NCBI GenBank assembly: GCA_035084275.1 | Contig: CM068768.1 | Coordinates: forward strand, 4,650,001 to 4,714,000 | Origin: Hydrolagus colliei | Lineage: Eukaryota | Direction: 5' to 3' | DNA length: 64,000 nt | In this document: positions 59,518 through 64,000 of the stretch, in pieces | Numbering within the stretch: the stretch's first letter is position 1 | How the letters are laid out: every line of letters begins with the position of its first letter | The notes under the pieces: model-generated | Told to the model about the DNA's origin: nothing | The model's database searches: none | Seen by the model: the letters and a program-made list of their open reading frames with translations, nothing else | Translations under genes and position numbers: made by a program

Positions 59518-60772
59518 CAATATCTTATCTGAAAGGTCATCAACCCTGACAAATACAGAGTGGCGCTGTTTGGTGAAAAAAAGCGCAACAGTTATTTAAA
59601 GATTTATTTGATATGTTGGGAGAGAAAAGAGAAAATCTACTGGTACAAAACAGTTGGCACGGTTATCTCCCTCCTGGTTCCTGACCCAGTTTTACTGGCC
59701 TCGCAAAATTAATTGCTGATTATACTAATTATGTTTTATTGCAAACATGACCCCTTATCCAGAAGACTGAGGATTGTTATCTACGCCTTTTCCTCAAAAT
59801 CATGGGGTTGCAACAACGGACGTTTATTGCTGTAATTATAATCTAAAGGTTGTTTGTAGTCAGAGTCTGCAATTTTTTCTCCTCTCTGTCTAGAAAGTGA
59901 AATCAACCACCACAGCAGTTAAAGCAATTGGCTCAACAAGTTACCTGCAGTCAACCTCCGGAATATAACATCAAATCAGGATAAGCCCTAGTCTATCTTG
60001 CTTTACCTCATCTCAGCCTGGATCTTCACAGGATTTGATGCAAACTAGTCACTTGAACCATGGTCCTTTCTACTCAACTCCTTTCAACCCTACAAGCCAA
60101 AGGTCTAACAGGTAAATTGGTCCTTCCTAGAAAAATAGCGTTAGTAAAGGCAAAGTGTGCAGTTCTGGAAGATAAACTCCAGTAGTTGCCAACACGCACT
60201 CTGAAGTCCCTAAGCCTTAACAAAAGTGCCCATTATACTACACTGCCGTGCACAATTGGCTGCCGCATTTCGCCCACAAATATGCAGTCAGTTCACTTTA
60301 CCGTATATTCTGTGAAGCGCTTTGAGGCGTCTAGAAGACATGGAAAGCACTACATCAAATGCAAGGATTATTATTATTATTATAATATTCTCTAGGTTTT
60401 AATTAGATTTGTCCCTCTGTGCAGATCATGCACACACCATACCAGATATTAGAGGATTTTCATTCATTTGGAACCCTCAATAGTTTAGTAGGAGACTATT
60501 AAGGGTGATGATGAGCTCCCATGTGTCTTACACTCAGCTGACCCACAAAATACAGTAGTTGATCTCAGCTGTAGCGAGAAAAAAGGAAGTATTAATCAAC
60601 CTCAGTATCCCTCCCAGTTTTTGTGGGGGGTAGGGTGGGAAAGAGAGATACCATTCTTGTTGTCAGGGCTCGCTCATAAAGTATGGCCAGTGATCTATAA
60701 AGGGGAATCTCTGAGTTCAGTCTATGTTAGAACTCCAATGTTTAGACGGGGGTGGGGGGGGGGGGTGAGGAT

Positions 60773-61060
60773 GGGGGTAGCTCAGTGGTTAGAGCACATG
60801 CCCCACAAGCAAGAAACCCAAGTTCGATTCCTGGCAGGATGAACCTTTGGGCAAGTTTCCTTACTCTACACGCCTGATAATAATCCCTCAAGAAATAATA
60901 AATTGGTCATTTCAATCCACAACCATTTGTGGGACACTGCTGTGCACAATTGGCTGCCACATTTCGCCCGCAATAGATACAGTCAACTCAGTTTACAGTA
61001 TATTCTGCGAAGTGCTTTGAGACATCTAGATAAGACGCTGAATCAGATGCAACAATTATT
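60773..61060 (+). mobile_element. tRNA-derived SINE
   Basis: TAGCTCAGTGGTTAGAGC head, GTTCGATTCC B-box, and tail. Confidence 0.9.
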
Positions 61061-63212
61061 ACTGTTATCCCGCCTGTGCCTTGTTCAGGTGGGCATTCAC
61101 GATCCCATGGCCCGATTCGAAAAGTGAAGTTTCTCTCCCCAACAATCTTCTGGGGGGGAAAAAATCAATTCACTTCATGGCTGTTTATGTATGGAACGTG
61201 TCCAAACATGCTGTCATGTTCACCTACAGTCACTGCCCTTTACTATAAACCCCGTCAAGTGCTTTCGGACGTCTACACAATGGAATAATGAGGGATGTCA
61301 AATGCAAAGGTTATTTTTTTTTATTAATACAGGGTCTGAAACATTGACTGTCCAGAGCCTTGGCACATCCTCCCGACGTGAAAGGCGCTATATAAATGAA
61401 ATGTTGTTGTTTTTTGTCGATAGTCTGAGACAAAATATACAGGCGAATGCGGACATGGATTAGGAAGTGTGGGAGGGGGGGCGGAAACGTATTGAAAAGA
61501 CTGGGTATCAAATAAAACACACTCAGCCGTCCGGCATTGATGAAAGAAATGAGTGGAAATGAAATTACTGTATGTAAATTATTATAGCAACTGAAAGCTG
61601 GGGTACACAGAAGATAATGCGTACATTTTTTTAAAAATGTACAAAAAAGTAACTTTTTAAAAATACAATCACTGCCCTGCCTCTTTAGCTAATTGTGTGG
61701 TGTTTCTGATAATGTGGAGAGCTTCAGCAATAGACATCTTTAATGATTAATGTCAAGGCAGCCATGTGGGGGAGGGAGGTCTAGGCCGCAGAGGCCTACG
61801 GTGTCGCCTGTGGACAGAGCCCGGGCTGGAGACGCCTCTCCCCGGGAGGAATAGAGAGAGAGACGGGGGGGGGGGGGGGGGGTTAGGGTTGATGTGTGTG
61901 TATGAAGGGGGGGGGGGGGGGGAGGTTTAAAGGCAGCAGAATTTCAAATCATTAAAAAGAATTAAATTAAGTTTTAATGATTAGGAAAAAGACCAAAGTA
62001 GAACAAATTGGGAGTTTTTGATCGATTAACCGATTGATTTGAATGTTCTCACCGTTAACATGAATTAATGACAATTAATATGTTAATATGCATTATTCTT
62101 TATAAAGGTGGTTGTGTGTGTGTGGGGGGGGGGGTTCAGAAAAGAAGAGGGTGGGGTGTAGTGGGGGGGGGGGGGGGGAGATGAGTAGACAAAATGTTTG
62201 AATCAATGAAATAATAGTCCTTGAAACGACACACAAATAAATAAGGGGGGGGGGGGGGGGGTTGTTGGGAGGGGGGGGGTGAGTTTAGTTTAATTAATTT
62301 CATTTAAATGTGGTTTTAAAGCCGTTCTCCCGCCAAACCGACGCCCCTTTCGACACAATAGCTTTAAACCCTGACCCGGGGGATTGCGTTTGTTTATTTG
62401 TTGGGTGGGAGGGTGTGTGTGTGTGTGGCGGGGGGGGGAGATATATATTTATACACAAATCTCTCCCTCCCTCTGTCTCTCTCCATTAAAGAGGGGGGGG
62501 GGGGGGGGCAGAAATATAGCCTCAAACCTGGTATAGAATCATCTCTCCACATATTCCCCCCAAACACACACACACACACATATGCCTTTTTTTAAACAAA
62601 ATGTGCGTTTTTTATTTTGAAAATGGAAATAATTGGGAGATTTTAAAGCTCGGGACCCGGGACCCCCCCCCCCCACACACATTTTCTTTCTCTCCTCTCC
62701 CCCACCCCACCTTCCAGCCACAGCTCACTGCAACATTCCCTCTCTTCTCTCCCACCCTCTTCATCTGCCATTAAATAAAACATTGCCTCCCTCTTAAAAT
62801 AAGCTTCTCACTCCACCCCCCCCCCCCCCCACCCACCCACCACTCTCCCACTCCTCCACCCTAAAAAAACCAACAAAATTCAGCTTCAAATAGCGAATTT
62901 GACCTTTTTTTCTAAAAAAAACAAATCCAATCTCATGATCTGACCAAAGCCAAGGCAACACAACTCAATCAAAATCATTCAAAGTCCATCCTCTCTCCCC
63001 CCCCACCCCCACCCCCACCCCATGCACATATTGTCTCCTTCTCCCTTCCCTCCCTCTCACACACACACTCAACCAGTTATACAACACGAATAAGACTTCC
63101 TTTTTAAAAAAAAAATCGTATTATTAACCAAGATCAAATAATAAGCGGTTTTTAAATATATATATATATATTATATATGAGAAAAGAGAGAGAGATAACT
63201 GAGGTTACTCAC

Positions 63213-63347
63213 GGTGTGATTGATTCCCCACATGAGAACACTGACCAGGGGCTCACTGGCTCTGAACAGCTTCACTTTCTGGGCTACAAAGTGCTTTTTC
63301 TTGGTTTTGGTTTTGCTAGCACTGGTCGTTGTACAGTTGGCTGCCAT
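63213..63347 (-). CDS. PIP4K2B: PIP4K2B coding exon 1
   Basis: ATG at 63347; [45 protein letters not shown]|gtgagt; 135 nt. The beta paralogue call rests on the N-terminus, the ASEP motif and adjacency to PSMB3. Confidence 0.95.
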
Positions 63348-63911
63348 TTTTTTTTGTCAAAAATAATGAAATAAAATGTACATTAGATGTAGATCTGGAT
63401 GCTGCCTCTGGTTAATGCACCACGAGTATTCCCTCTTGTTTTCTGTGATGTCCTCCCGGCCCCTCGCCTCTGCTCCCCCTGTTATTTATTAGCTAGCCTG
63501 TGCGTGTGTGGCACGGTGCGTCTCTGGGTTGAGAAATGGCATGTTAGCTGCTGTGAAGTAGACAACGCAAGCGTCCAAACCCCTCTAAATGCCTCTTCGC
63601 TTCTATCTGTCTCTCCCTCTCTGTTCCTTTCTCCAAGCTCACAGCCTGCTCCTCCTACTGCTACAAGATGGTGCTACAAGCAAATGCACACCAGCCCCTT
63701 CTCTCCCTCCCTCTCCCTCTCTCCAAGAAGAAGAAGAAGAAAACACTGCCACCTACCCCAATCCCAGCCAATCTCGTTTGGTAATCATTTGTAAACAGAT
63801 GACACACACAGATCACAAAATATCAATTCGTATTGCTACCACCGAGACCATTGGCAACTTTACCAAAAATCGCAACATAATCAATAATTTTTTTTACCCC
63901 TGAAGGTCTTC

Positions 63912-64000
63912 CAATAATAATAATAATCCTTGCAATTGATATAGCGTTTTCCGTGTTTTCTGGGCGTCTCAAAACACTTCACAGATTATACTGTAAAGTG
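63912..64000 (-). mobile_element. SINE 3' tail (runs off the window)
   Basis: (AAT)n followed by CCTTGCAATTGATATAGCG. Confidence 0.8.

Overview
Vertebrate genomic DNA, most likely a cartilaginous fish. This is inferred from a repeat complement of tRNA-headed Deu-domain SINEs, L2 and CR1 LINEs, plus compact introns; a holocephalan such as Callorhinchus is plausible but unproven. Two complete, convergently transcribed genes were reconstructed by hand from GT-AG sites and phase continuity. PSMB3 (+) has 6 coding exons (8333-18498; 618 nt = 205 aa + stop). PIP4K2B (-) has 10 coding exons (63347-27355; 1224 nt = 407 aa + stop). The first ~3.4 kb is a CpG-retaining, TE-poor region, probably regulatory; mammalian synteny would place PCGF2 there, but I saw none of its coding sequence. 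The rest is dense with SINE, L2 and CR1 fragments and a few DNA-transposon MITEs. TE boundaries are approximate unless TIR/TSD coordinates are given. I found no convincing novel multi-gene system. The most unusual signals are: recurrent fold-back hairpins or inversions in SINE tRNA heads; a CpG-rich hAT-type MITE with an 8-bp TSD nested in a CR1; an intronic E2F/CDE-CHR motif in a CpG-rich segment; an intronic hairpin that pairs better on the transcribed strand; and splice-competent segments diverging from the PSMB3 promoter. Most entries in the ORF track are chance ORFs or TE remnants.
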